Shown: positions 1 through 8,218, counted from the first letter of the stretch. The stretch is 32,401 bases of DNA from Candidatus Hydrothermarchaeota archaeon (GCA_015521945.1 WANG01000187.1:1-32401), one strand, 5' to 3'. Translations and numbers: made by a program. The notes: generated from the letters alone by a model not told the origin.

Positions 1-158
1 GGAAAGCTCCACACCGTCGTGGTCTCAAGCTTAAAATCTTTCGGGGCGAACTTTTTTATAACGTGCCGCTCAGGCAGCTCAACCTTTACATCTTCTATGA
101 CGACGTAAGGATGGGCTTTGCGGAATTTGAGGTAGTCTTCGTGAGTTATTTCGCACAT
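1..158 (-). CDS. Probable DNA amino-methyltransferase (N4-C/N6-A family), 5' part only, runs off the window edge
   Basis: Not in the ORF track because there is no stop in the window. Manual translation from ATG 158: MCEITHEDYLKFRKAHPYVVIEDVKVELPERHVIKKFAPKDFKLETTTVWSFP. The ETTTVWSFP segment matches the N-terminus I recall for SAM-dependent DNA MTases that continue RG.WATH..YRGNW. Catalytic motifs lie outside the window. An in-frame upstream ATG at 245 sits inside a TATA box, so 158 is preferred. Confidence 0.7.
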   Translation of the reverse strand, partial: MCEITHEDYLKFRKAHPYVVIEDVKVELPERHVIKKFAPKDFKLETTTVWSF

Positions 159-178
159 TTTTTGTGATTCTGGATCAT

Positions 179-188
179 TATTTATATC
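179..188 (-). promoter_or_regulatory. Candidate proximal TATA box for the MTase gene (leaderless transcript)
   Basis: Minus strand reads GATATAAATA; TATAAATA starts 28 nt upstream of ATG 158. Confidence 0.45.
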
Positions 189-196
189 AGGGTACA

Positions 197-229
197 ATCC
201 GATCACTTTGCATAAATTTGTGATCGGAT
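197..229. repeat. Perfect 10-bp inverted repeat ATCCGATCAC-N13-GTGATCGGAT, operator-like, each arm containing GATC
   Basis: 197-206 ATCCGATCAC is the exact reverse complement of 220-229 GTGATCGGAT. Confidence 0.8.
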
Positions 230-243
230 CGATCTGACATTTC

Positions 244-256
244 ATATTTAAGCTTT
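244..256 (-). promoter_or_regulatory. BRE-TATA promoter for the MTase gene
   Basis: Minus strand AAAGCTTAAATAT resembles the AAGCTTTATA promoter signature at 1441-1453 and 30036-30047. Predicted start is near 221-222, inside the GATC cluster. Confidence 0.55.
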
Positions 257-274
257 GTTACAGATTTTTGTAAC
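257..274. repeat. Palindrome GTTACA-N6-TGTAAC between the divergent promoters, possible regulator site
   Basis: 257-262 GTTACA and 269-274 TGTAAC are reverse complements. Confidence 0.55.
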
Positions 275-293
275 TGAGGTGTAATCAACAACC

Positions 294-307
294 AAAAGCT
301 TTAGATC
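294..307 (+). promoter_or_regulatory. BRE-TATA promoter for the EVE-nuclease gene, with a GATC overlapping the TATA box
   Basis: AAAAGCTTTAGATC; TTTAGAT starts at 300, 30 nt before ATG 330, the same spacing as the other leaderless promoters in the window. Confidence 0.55.
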
Positions 308-329
308 CTAGGAGCTTCAACTCTTATGC

Positions 330-1295
330 ATGCCTTCATACTTCTTCGTGGCGGTCTCAAATCAGGAGAACCTCAAGCTGTGCAAGCGTTATGCATTAGC
401 CGGGTTTACCAGCAACATAAATGGAGCGTGGGCTTTTTCGGAAATTGAAGCGGGGGACTACATCTCCTTTCTCTACGGTGCCAGAGCCCACAACCTCTAT
501 AAGGTGGTGCACAAGGAGGCGATAAAAAGTGCAGAAAACCTTCCGCCCTGGAAGCCGCTGACGTTTAAGGAGAGTAGAAAAACCTACCACTTCCCCTTTC
601 GCCTGTATCTCAAGCAGGTGCGAACCTTTGATGAGCCTATTGTCAGAGCTGAGTTCTCCTACATCGCCGAGAACCTACTGCTGCGCGGTGGATACAGGAA
701 AACCCACTTTCAGGCAGACCTCACAACCCTTCAGAACGTTTCACAGATGGGCGAGGTATTCAATGGCAAGGCGGAAGCGCTGGAAATGCCGCCCTATGAG
801 ACCTTTACGCCAACGTTTGTGAGGAGCAGGAAGGTTTCACCGCCCTACACCCTGCCCTTCCGCGAGGTGATACTTCAGGCATTGGTAAGGCGTTATTTGA
901 TGAAAGAAGAGAACCTCAAAGCTCTATTTGAAACCCTCAACCTGGACCATCTCCGCCCAGAAAGCTTTGAAATACTCAGCGAGAAGGCTCTGCCTCAGGG
1001 GCATGTGGACATCCTGATAAAAGAGGCTGTGCCCATTGGCATGGCTAAAAAGATTGTGGTGGAGGTTAAGCTGGGCAGAGCGAGCAAAGCAAGCATAGAG
1101 CAGCTTAAAAGCTACATGGCTGAGCTCGGCGAGGAGTGCGTTGCAGGTGTGCTTATAGCTGAGAACATGCCCAAGAGGATTAAAGATGAGAGAATTCACT
1201 TTTTCAGGTATGAATTCGGCGAGATAGAGCTAAAGCAGCCGCATAGCTTTGAAGAACTACTTTCAACGTTAAAATTAAAGGATCTAAAAGCATAA
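330..1295 (+). CDS. EVE/PUA-like domain fused to a NucS-like PD-(D/E)xK endonuclease; putative modification-dependent restriction nuclease
   Basis: N-terminal YFFVAVSNQENLKLC..GF...SEIEAGDYISFLY...HFPFRL fits the EVE pattern. C-terminal E.ILQ...GHVDILIKE...IVVEVKLGRA...IEQLKSYM...GVLIA is the D..ExK..QxxxY nuclease signature. AT-richer than host genes. Confidence 0.75.
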   Translation: MPSYFFVAVSNQENLKLCKRYALAGFTSNINGAWAFSEIEAGDYISFLYGARAHNLYKVVHKEAIKSAENLPPWKPLTFKESRKTYHFPFRLYLKQVRTFDEPIVRAEFSYIAENLLLRGGYRKTHFQADLTTLQNVSQMGEVFNGKAEALEMPPYETFTPTFVRSRKVSPPYTLPFREVILQALVRRYLMKEENLKALFETLNLDHLRPESFEILSEKALPQGHVDILIKEAVPIGMAKKIVVEVKLGRASKASIEQLKSYMAELGEECVAGVLIAENMPKRIKDERIHFFRYEFGEIELKQPHSFEELLSTLKLKDLKA

Positions 1296-1440
1296 CTTAG
1301 CTTCTCCTCCAACCCGCCCGCAAACCTGGCACAAGCCCCCTGTTAGCGATGCAATCACCCCACATTCTGAGGCTGCTACGGGGCTCAACCACGGGGGAAG
1401 GTAGCCTCAGGCAGGATGGCGATGGAGCCCTGCCCCATCC

Positions 1441-1453
1441 GGAAGCTTTATAT
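1441..1453 (+). promoter_or_regulatory. BRE-TATA promoter (GGAAGCTTTATAT)
   Basis: Canonical archaeal TATA starting 29 nt upstream of GTG 1476. Confidence 0.6.
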
Positions 1454-1475
1454 CCTGCACCAAACAATAGCGGAA

Positions 1476-2414
1476 GTGGAAGGGAGCTCTGGAGGTGGCG
1501 CTCTGCGGCTTGGCAACGGTATTGAGCTCTGCGTGGATGGAGAGGAGCTGTATCTTGACCCAAAGCGGGTTAAAGGGCTGAGCTTTGTCTCCCATGCCCA
1601 CTCCGACCACGTGCCGCGCGGGGGCGCCGGAGAGGTGGTGTGCACCAGGGAGACCGCAGCCCTCGCGGGGCTAAGGGGTGAGTGCAGCACCCCCCTGCGG
1701 CGTGGCTCCGTTGAGCTCAGGCTTCTGAACTCGGGTCACATGCTGGGGGCGAGCCAGCTCCTCATAGAGAACCGCTTCCGGGTGCTCTACACAGGAGACC
1801 TGCGGGTTGAGGGTGGCGTGCTGACCCCTCCGGCTCAGGCTGAGAAGTGCGACGTGCTCATAGTGGAGTCAACCTTCGGCACCCCCAGGTACGAGTTTCC
1901 CCCTCTGGAGGAGACGGTGAAGCAGATGCAGGACTGGGCGGAGGAGTGCCACCGCAGAGGAGAAACCCCCGTGTTCCTCGGGTATGCCCTGGGGAAGGCG
2001 CAGGAGCTCACCAAGGTGCTCTCCTCAAGCTTCAGGGTTGAGGTTCATCCCGCCGTGCTCAAAAACAACCGCACCTATGAGGCGATGGGAGCGGAGCTCG
2101 GCGCCTACCACCCCATCACCGACAGATGCAGGGAGGACAGGGTGCTGATACTCCCGCCCTCAGCCAGGAGGTGCTTACCCGGAGGCTGCAGGGTGGCGGT
2201 GGTCAGCGGGTGGGCGGTTCACGGGGGGACGAAGCGCAGGTACGGGGCAGATGCCGCCTTCCCCCTCAGCGACCACAGCGACTTCTACTCCTTGGTGCGG
2301 TACGTGGAGCGCGTCTCCCCCCAGGTGGTTTACACCGTCCACGGGTTCGCCAGGGAGTTTGCGGCTGAGCTGAGGGAGCGGGGGTTCTACGCCGAGCCCC
2401 TGGAAAGGCTATGA
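1476..2414 (+). CDS. MBL-fold metallo-hydrolase, short beta-CASP nuclease family
   Basis: SHAHSDH, SGHMLGA, YTGD, ESTFG, YALGKAQE, LSDHSD and TVHG motifs. Start moved from 1416 to GTG 1476 because of the TATA position. Confidence 0.85.
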   Translation: MEGSSGGGALRLGNGIELCVDGEELYLDPKRVKGLSFVSHAHSDHVPRGGAGEVVCTRETAALAGLRGECSTPLRRGSVELRLLNSGHMLGASQLLIENRFRVLYTGDLRVEGGVLTPPAQAEKCDVLIVESTFGTPRYEFPPLEETVKQMQDWAEECHRRGETPVFLGYALGKAQELTKVLSSSFRVEVHPAVLKNNRTYEAMGAELGAYHPITDRCREDRVLILPPSARRCLPGGCRVAVVSGWAVHGGTKRRYGADAAFPLSDHSDFYSLVRYVERVSPQVVYTVHGFAREFAAELRERGFYAEPLERL

Positions 2415-2747
2415 GGTGTTTATCCTCCTGATGCACTCGCTCCCGTAGGGACCGAGCTCAAACCCCCCCGCCTCCAGGTAGTGGCAGAGGGTTATCCTCC
2501 TGCCGCACCTCCTGCACACGGCGTCGCACCTGCGCCTCCTGCACCTCGCCCTGGCGGGCTCCCCGAGGAGCACTATTTCCCCGCCCTCCCGGCGTATCAC
2601 ACCCCTGCGCACCCCCTCGGCGAGCACCCTCTCGGAGAGCCTGGTGACCATGCTTATTATGCCGATGGCCTCCTTAACCCTCAGCCTCCTCTCACGGGCG
2701 CACCTCAGAAGCTCAAGCGCCGCGTCCACCTTCTCCTGTGCCTGCAT
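2409..2747 (-). CDS. Conserved archaeal protein, DUF5830-like, with a C-terminal Cys cluster
   Basis: RGVIRREGG..., CRRCGRRITLCHY..ELGPYGSECIRR. Start placed at ATG 2747 (MQAQEKV), which leaves a divergent promoter gap to ileS. Confidence 0.65.
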   Translation of the reverse strand: MQAQEKVDAALELLRCARERRLRVKEAIGIISMVTRLSERVLAEGVRRGVIRREGGEIVLLGEPARARCRRRRCDAVCRRCGRRITLCHYLEAGGFELGPYGSECIRRINTS

Positions 2748-2799
2748 CCCAACGTTTATATTCGTGAGCCTAAAAATAAACTTCCCGGTGAGTGCACCC

Positions 2800-5700
2800 A
2801 TGGTAAAGCCAGCGCAGAGAAACCCGGACTTCAGGAAGCTTGAGCAGCAGATTCAGAGCTTCTGGGAGGAGAGGGGCATATACAGGAGAAGCGGGGAGGG
2901 CAAGAAGAAGACCTTCTACTTCCTTGATGGGCCACCCTACGCCAGCGGCTCAATACACCTGGGCACCGCCTGGAATAAGATAATAAAGGATGCGGTTCTG
3001 CGCTACCTGAGCATGAGGGGGTACAGGGTGCACCGCATGCCGGGGTGGGACTGTCACGGGCTGCCGATAGAGGTGAAGGTTGAGAAGGAGATGGGGATAC
3101 GGGACAAGAGGGAAATTGAGGGCAACGTTGAGGCTTTTGTGGAGGCATGCAGGCGCTGGGCGCTCAGGCATGTGGACATAATGACCCGCCAGTTCAGGCG
3201 CCTGGGGGTGTGGATGGACTGGGAGGAGCCCTACATGACCCTCAGGGACGAGTACATAGAGTCCGCCTGGTGGACGATAAAGCGGGCGCACGAGAAGGGG
3301 CTCCTGACGAGGGACCTGAGGGTGGTTACCTGGTGCCCCAGGTGCGAGACGGCGCTGGCGGATGCGGAGGTGGAGTACGGAGAGCGCACCGACCCCAGCA
3401 TCTACCTGCGCTTCAGGGTGCGGGGAAGGGAGGACGAGTACCTGCTGGTGTGGACCACCACCCCCTGGACGCTTATCGCCAACCTGGCTGTGGCGGTGCA
3501 TCCCGAGTTTGAGTACGCCAGGGTGAGGACCCCCTTAGGGGTGCTGGTGGTTGCGAGGGAGCAGCTCGGGCTGCTGGAGAGGCTGGGGATAGAGGGGGAG
3601 GTTGTGGAGGTGCTCACCGGCAGGGAGCTGGAGGGGCTGGAGTACCTGCACCCCCTTGAGGGCGACCTGGGGTACGAGCTTCCCGAGAACTCCTGCAGGG
3701 TGATTCTCGCCGACTTCGTCACCCTGGGGGAGGGCACGGGGCTGGTACACTGCGCCCCAGGGCATGGACCTGAGGACTTTGAGGTGGCGAAGAGGTACGG
3801 GATACCCGCGATATGCCCCGTGGATGAAAGGGGCAGGTTCACTGAGCAGGCAGGGAAGTTCGCGGGGCTCAGGGTGAAGAAGGATGACGCCAGGATAATT
3901 GAGGAGCTGGAGAGCAGGGGGGTGCTGGTGAGAGCAGAGAAGATTACCCACCGCTACGGCCACTGCTGGCGGTGCAAGTCCCCCATAATCTACCGTGCAA
4001 CCGAGCAGTGGTTCATCACCGTCTCCCACCTAAGGGACAGGATGCTGGAGGAGGTGGAGAGGGTTGAGTGGGTGCCCGAGTGGGCGGGCAGCTCGCGCTT
4101 CCGTGAGTGGGTGGCGGGGGCGAAGGACTGGACCATATCCAGGCAGCGCTACTGGGGGATTCCTCTGCCTGTGTGGCTCTGCGACTCCTGCGGTGATATG
4201 GAGGTCATGGGCTCAAAGGCAGAGCTGGAGCAGAGGGCAGGCAGGGTAAGGGAGCTGCATCGCCCCTACGTGGACGTTGCCTACCCCTGCGAGTGCGGGG
4301 GGGAGAAGCGCAGGGTTGAGGATGTGCTGGACGTGTGGTTTGACTCTGGGGTGGCACCCTGGGCGTCCCTCGGATACCCCGCAAGAGAAGAGCCCTTCCG
4401 CACCCTCTACCCCGTGGATTTCATAACCGAGGGGCACGACCAGACCAGAGGATGGTTCTACTCCCTCCTGGGGTGCGGGCTCATAGCCTTTGATGAGGTA
4501 CCCTACAGGAAGGTGCTGATGCACGGGTTCACCTTAGATGAGAGGGGGGAGAAGATGAGCAAGAGCCGGGGCAACGTCATTGAGCCCGAGGAGGTGGTCA
4601 ACGCCTTCTGCGCTGACGTGCTCAGGTTCTACGTGCTCTGGGCGAACAAGCCCTGGGAGGACCTGCGCTTCAGCTGGAGCGAGGTCAGGGTGGTGGCGAA
4701 GATGTTCAACATCCTGTGGAACGCCCACGTGTTCGCCACCACGTACATGAGCCTTGACTCCTTTGCTCCTAAGGGGGTGAGGGGCGAGAGCCTCAAGCCC
4801 GAGGACAGGTGGATGCTCTCCAGGGTGAACTCCTTAGTGCGGAGGGTGGGGGAGGCTTTTGAGAGGCTGGAGCTGCACCGCGCTACCAGGGAGCTGCAGG
4901 AGTTCATACTTGAGGACCTGAGCAGGTGGTACATCCCCTTGGTCAGGCCCCGCACCTGGTATGAGGAGGAGAGCCCCGAGAAGCTCGCCGCCTACGAGGT
5001 GCTGCACCGCACCCTGCAGACCCTCGCCAAGCTGCTTGCCCCCGTGGCGCCCCACCTGAGCGAGGCGATGTACCAGGACCTGGAGTGCGGGGAGAGCGTG
5101 CACTTGGAGAGCTTCCCGGAGGCTGAGGAGGAGTGGGTGGATGAGAGGCTTGAGGCGCAGATGAGGATGGTGAGGGGCATGGTGGACGCCTGCTTGGCAG
5201 CCAGGCAGAGGCTGGGGGTGAAGCGCAGGTGGCCCTTGGTGAAGCTCGTGGTCCTGCCGGAGAGGGAGGAGGTGGGGGAGGCGGCAGAGGCGCTGGAGGA
5301 GCTCCTGCTGAGCCAGTGCAACGCCCTGGAGCTGGAGGTGCTCAGCCCTGGAGAGGAGGTGAGGGAGGCTGAGATTGTTGCGGTGCCAGAGATGGGCGCC
5401 ATAGGCAGGGAGTTCAGGAAGCAGGCGCCGGAGGTTGCCAGGGCGCTGGAGGAGGCGGACGCCGAGGCTCTGAGCAGGGAGATGGAGAGCAGAGGGTGGG
5501 CTGAAGTGCAGCTCGGGGACGGGAGCAGGGTGAGGGTAAGGAGGGAGCACGTGCGCTTTGAGCGCCGCCTGCCCGAGAGCATGGCGTGCGAGGAGTTTGA
5601 GGGTGGCAGGGTGTGCATAGACGCCAGGAGAACCGAGCGGGTGATGGAGCTGGGGCTCGCCAGGGAGGTGGTGAGGAGGGTGCAGGAGATGCGCAAGGAG

Positions 5701-5907
5701 CTGGAGCTGGAGGTTGATGCCTACATCACCACCAGGATAAGCGCCCCCTCCGAGCAGCTTCCCTACCTGAGGGCGCAGCAGGAGTACATCGCCAGGGAGA
5801 CCCGCTCAAGGGAGCTGGTTATTGCGGAGGAGGCGCAGCACTTCGGGCATGTCAGGGAGTGGAGCATAGACGGCAGCAGGGTCGTGATTTCGGTTGCCGA
5901 GGCGTGA
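2800..5907 (+). CDS. ileS: Isoleucine--tRNA ligase (archaeal/eukaryotic type)
   Basis: DGPPYASG.IHLGT (HIGH), GWDCHGLPIE, WTTTPWT editing domain, DWTISRQRYWG, EGHDQTRGWF, KMSKS. ATG 2800 is preceded by a GGTGA RBS. Confidence 0.97.
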   Translation: MVKPAQRNPDFRKLEQQIQSFWEERGIYRRSGEGKKKTFYFLDGPPYASGSIHLGTAWNKIIKDAVLRYLSMRGYRVHRMPGWDCHGLPIEVKVEKEMGIRDKREIEGNVEAFVEACRRWALRHVDIMTRQFRRLGVWMDWEEPYMTLRDEYIESAWWTIKRAHEKGLLTRDLRVVTWCPRCETALADAEVEYGERTDPSIYLRFRVRGREDEYLLVWTTTPWTLIANLAVAVHPEFEYARVRTPLGVLVVAREQLGLLERLGIEGEVVEVLTGRELEGLEYLHPLEGDLGYELPENSCRVILADFVTLGEGTGLVHCAPGHGPEDFEVAKRYGIPAICPVDERGRFTEQAGKFAGLRVKKDDARIIEELESRGVLVRAEKITHRYGHCWRCKSPIIYRATEQWFITVSHLRDRMLEEVERVEWVPEWAGSSRFREWVAGAKDWTISRQRYWGIPLPVWLCDSCGDMEVMGSKAELEQRAGRVRELHRPYVDVAYPCECGGEKRRVEDVLDVWFDSGVAPWASLGYPAREEPFRTLYPVDFITEGHDQTRGWFYSLLGCGLIAFDEVPYRKVLMHGFTLDERGEKMSKSRGNVIEPEEVVNAFCADVLRFYVLWANKPWEDLRFSWSEVRVVAKMFNILWNAHVFATTYMSLDSFAPKGVRGESLKPEDRWMLSRVNSLVRRVGEAFERLELHRATRELQEFILEDLSRWYIPLVRPRTWYEEESPEKLAAYEVLHRTLQTLAKLLAPVAPHLSEAMYQDLECGESVHLESFPEAEEEWVDERLEAQMRMVRGMVDACLAARQRLGVKRRWPLVKLVVLPEREEVGEAAEALEELLLSQCNALELEVLSPGEEVREAEIVAVPEMGAIGREFRKQAPEVARALEEADAEALSREMESRGWAEVQLGDGSRVRVRREHVRFERRLPESMACEEFEGGRVCIDARRTERVMELGLAREVVRRVQEMRKELELEVDAYITTRISAPSEQLPYLRAQQEYIARETRSRELVIAEEAQHFGHVREWSIDGSRVVISVAEA

Positions 5908-5908
5908 T

Positions 5909-7003
5909 TCAGGCGCTGAGGGATGCCTCAAAAGCCTCAGCTATGGCGCGGGCGTCACGGTGGGTGTAGTGGGGCTGCACGGGCAGGGTGAGTATCCTGC
6001 GGCTCACCTCAAGGGTTACTGGGTACTCGCCGGGAGCGTACCTCCGCATCCCGGGGTGGAGGATGATGGTGTCGTGCCACGTCCTGTGAGCCACCACGCC
6101 ACGCCTGCGCAGGTGCGCCGCCACCTGCGGGGGTGAGCTCTCCTCGGGCAGAAGAACCGCAAGCGACTGCCAGGAGGAGCGGGCATCCCTCTCCACCCTC
6201 TGCACCTCATACCCGCTGAGCTCACTCGCAAGAGCTTCCGCAAACCTCCTGCGCCTCAGGGTGAGCTCCTCAATTCTGGGGAAGAGGCGGTTGAAGATGC
6301 TCAGGTCTATGGGGCTGCACCTCCCCGTGGCGTACCCCCCGCCGCCCCCTCTCCTGAGCCGCAGAAGCAGGGGGTGCACCTCCCTGGTGACGTAGGGCAG
6401 CCTGAGGAGGTGCCCGAGCGCAGGGGCTCCAGCAGGGGGCTCATCCACACCCTCAGAGGCGCAGAGGAAGCCTCCCGAGGGGGTGGGCAGGAGCTTGTAC
6501 ATGGAGAACACCGAGTACCTCCCGAAGGTTCCCACGGGCATGCCCCTGTACCTCGCCCCGAGAGCGTGGGCGCAGTCCTCTATGAGGTGCGCCTCTGCGT
6601 CAGAGGCGAGCTCGGTGAGGGCGGTGAGCTGGCAGGGGTTGCCGAAGGTGTGCACCGCGAGCAGGGCATCCCCCCTGGAAATAACCTCCTGCACCCCCTC
6701 GGGGGAGATGTTCAGGGTGCCCCTGTGCACGTCCACGAAGACCGGCCTGACCCCGAGCTTAAGGAGCACCTCCGCCAGCTCGGGGCACAGGAAGGCGGGC
6801 ATCACCACCCTCCTCACCTCAAGGCGCCTCAGGATGTGCTCAAGAGCAGCACGGGCGCAGCAGAAGTCCACCGCCTCCCTGCCCAAGTACGCGCGCACCA
6901 GCTCCCTGAACTTGGTGCGCTGCTCTCCAGGTGCCCTAAGAGCGGCAAGCAGGGCTCCGGCAAGCTCCGCCGCGGGTATGGTGGGTACCGGGGAGTAGAG
7001 CAT
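5909..7003 (-). CDS. DegT/DnrJ/EryC1/StrS family PLP-dependent sugar aminotransferase
   Basis: PVFVDV, AVHTFGNP, IEDCAHALGA, GTFG..SVFSMYK (PLP lysine), ILTLPV. Confidence 0.85.
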   Translation of the reverse strand: MLYSPVPTIPAAELAGALLAALRAPGEQRTKFRELVRAYLGREAVDFCCARAALEHILRRLEVRRVVMPAFLCPELAEVLLKLGVRPVFVDVHRGTLNISPEGVQEVISRGDALLAVHTFGNPCQLTALTELASDAEAHLIEDCAHALGARYRGMPVGTFGRYSVFSMYKLLPTPSGGFLCASEGVDEPPAGAPALGHLLRLPYVTREVHPLLLRLRRGGGGGYATGRCSPIDLSIFNRLFPRIEELTLRRRRFAEALASELSGYEVQRVERDARSSWQSLAVLLPEESSPPQVAAHLRRRGVVAHRTWHDTIILHPGMRRYAPGEYPVTLEVSRRILTLPVQPHYTHRDARAIAEAFEASLSA

Positions 7004-7042
7004 GGGTTAGGTTTTTGGAGGCGCCTGTTAATACACTTTGCC

Positions 7043-7444
7043 ATGATTGCGGAGGCTCTGCTTGAGCGCCTTGAGGGAATTGCCAGAAGCACGAAGCTCA
7101 GGCGCAGGGGCGACTGCGTGTCCGCGAGCGCCTTCCTGGAGGCTGAGAGGTACGGGGAGGCCGAGCGTGTTATCGTGCAGTTTCTCGGGGAGAAGCGGGG
7201 GTGCGAGCTCATAACCTGCAGGGTTGCCAGCGGGGAGATTGCAGATTCGGGAGAGGTGCACTTCCGCATCCTGAGAGGAGTGGTGCACGAGTTCTACGGG
7301 TACGAGGAGGAGATGGTGTGCTTTCTCAGGCTCTTCCACCTGAGAGACTGGAGGGGCAGGGAGTGGTGCGCCGTTTATGCCGACGAGACGCCGAGCGCCT
7401 GGTGGGAGAATGATTTAACACGTCAGCCTCGGGAGAGGGGGTGA
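7043..7444 (+). CDS. Hypothetical protein (133 aa)
   Basis: 3' part of ORF 6374..7444 from ATG 7043 (MIAEALLERLEG). Host-like codons, fills the gap divergent from the DegT gene; no family recognised. Confidence 0.6.
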   Translation: MIAEALLERLEGIARSTKLRRRGDCVSASAFLEAERYGEAERVIVQFLGEKRGCELITCRVASGEIADSGEVHFRILRGVVHEFYGYEEEMVCFLRLFHLRDWRGREWCAVYADETPSAWWENDLTRQPRERG

Positions 7445-7453
7445 GGGTGCTGC

Positions 7454-8218
7454 TTGATAGCGGTGCTTACAGAGTTTCCAAGGCTTTACTACCTGCTTGC
7501 AAGGGAGCTGAAGCGCAGAGGGATAGCCTTCAGAAGCCTCACCTTCAGGGAGAGCATCCCGCCCCAGGTGCGGGTGGTTCTCACCAGCAGGGACGAGGCG
7601 AAGAGGGTGAGCTTCCCCTGCGTGGTTGAGGTGAGCGAGAGCAGCGTGGGCACGGCGGTTGAGAGGGCGCACCTGCTCGCCAAGGGGCAGAGGTGCTCCT
7701 ACGGGGAGCTGGTGGTGGGGATAGACCCGGGAGACAAGCCGGGGATGGCGGTGCTGGCGGGCTCAAGGGTGGTGCACGCATCCAGGCTCAACTCCCCAGA
7801 GGACGTGGTGAGGGGGCTCAGAGAGGTGCTCCGCCTGTACTCCTGCGGGAGGCTCCTGATAAGGGTGGGTGACGGGGGCGGGATATACGGGCAGAGGCTG
7901 ATAAGGGCGCTGCAGGAGAACTTCTGCTTTGAGATTGAGCTGGTGGATGAGCACGCAACGACCCCGAGCGTGGGGAGCAGCAGCCCGGAGCTCAGGGACG
8001 TGATAGCGGCGGTGAACATCGCCATGAAGCGCGGGAGGGTGCTGAAGCGCAGGCTGGAGGTCTCGCCTACCATGGGGGAGATTAAGAACATACAGAGGGA
8101 GAGCAGGCAGATGAGCGGCAACATCACCATCTCCAGGGAGCTCGCCTGCAGGGTGGCGAGGGGGGAGCTGAGCCTTGAGAGAGCCATAGAGATTCAGAAA
8201 AGCCAGAGCCGTGAGTAG
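7454..8218 (+). CDS. Conserved archaeal protein with an RNase H-like (YqgF/RuvC-type) nuclease domain
   Basis: LVVGIDPG..PGMAVL, IRVGDG, ELVDE..TT and D..AA.NIA motifs. TTG start after a GGTGAGG RBS. Confidence 0.7.
   Translation: MIAVLTEFPRLYYLLARELKRRGIAFRSLTFRESIPPQVRVVLTSRDEAKRVSFPCVVEVSESSVGTAVERAHLLAKGQRCSYGELVVGIDPGDKPGMAVLAGSRVVHASRLNSPEDVVRGLREVLRLYSCGRLLIRVGDGGGIYGQRLIRALQENFCFEIELVDEHATTPSVGSSSPELRDVIAAVNIAMKRGRVLKRRLEVSPTMGEIKNIQRESRQMSGNITISRELACRVARGELSLERAIEIQKSQSRE

Noticed and set aside
159..245. 29-codon N-terminal extension of the MTase from ATG 245
   Set aside because: The ATG lies within a TATA element, and family-like sequence begins only at 158.
159..329. AT-rich intergenic region with repeats as a replication origin
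   Set aside because: No ORB-like boxes with G-strings and no cdc6/orc1 gene; divergent promoters explain it better.
2644..2799. Long N-terminal extensions in the ORF track (ileS; also rnj, RPA2 and 6374..7042)
   Set aside because: They overlap neighbouring genes, and downstream starts have an RBS or TATA and match family N-termini.
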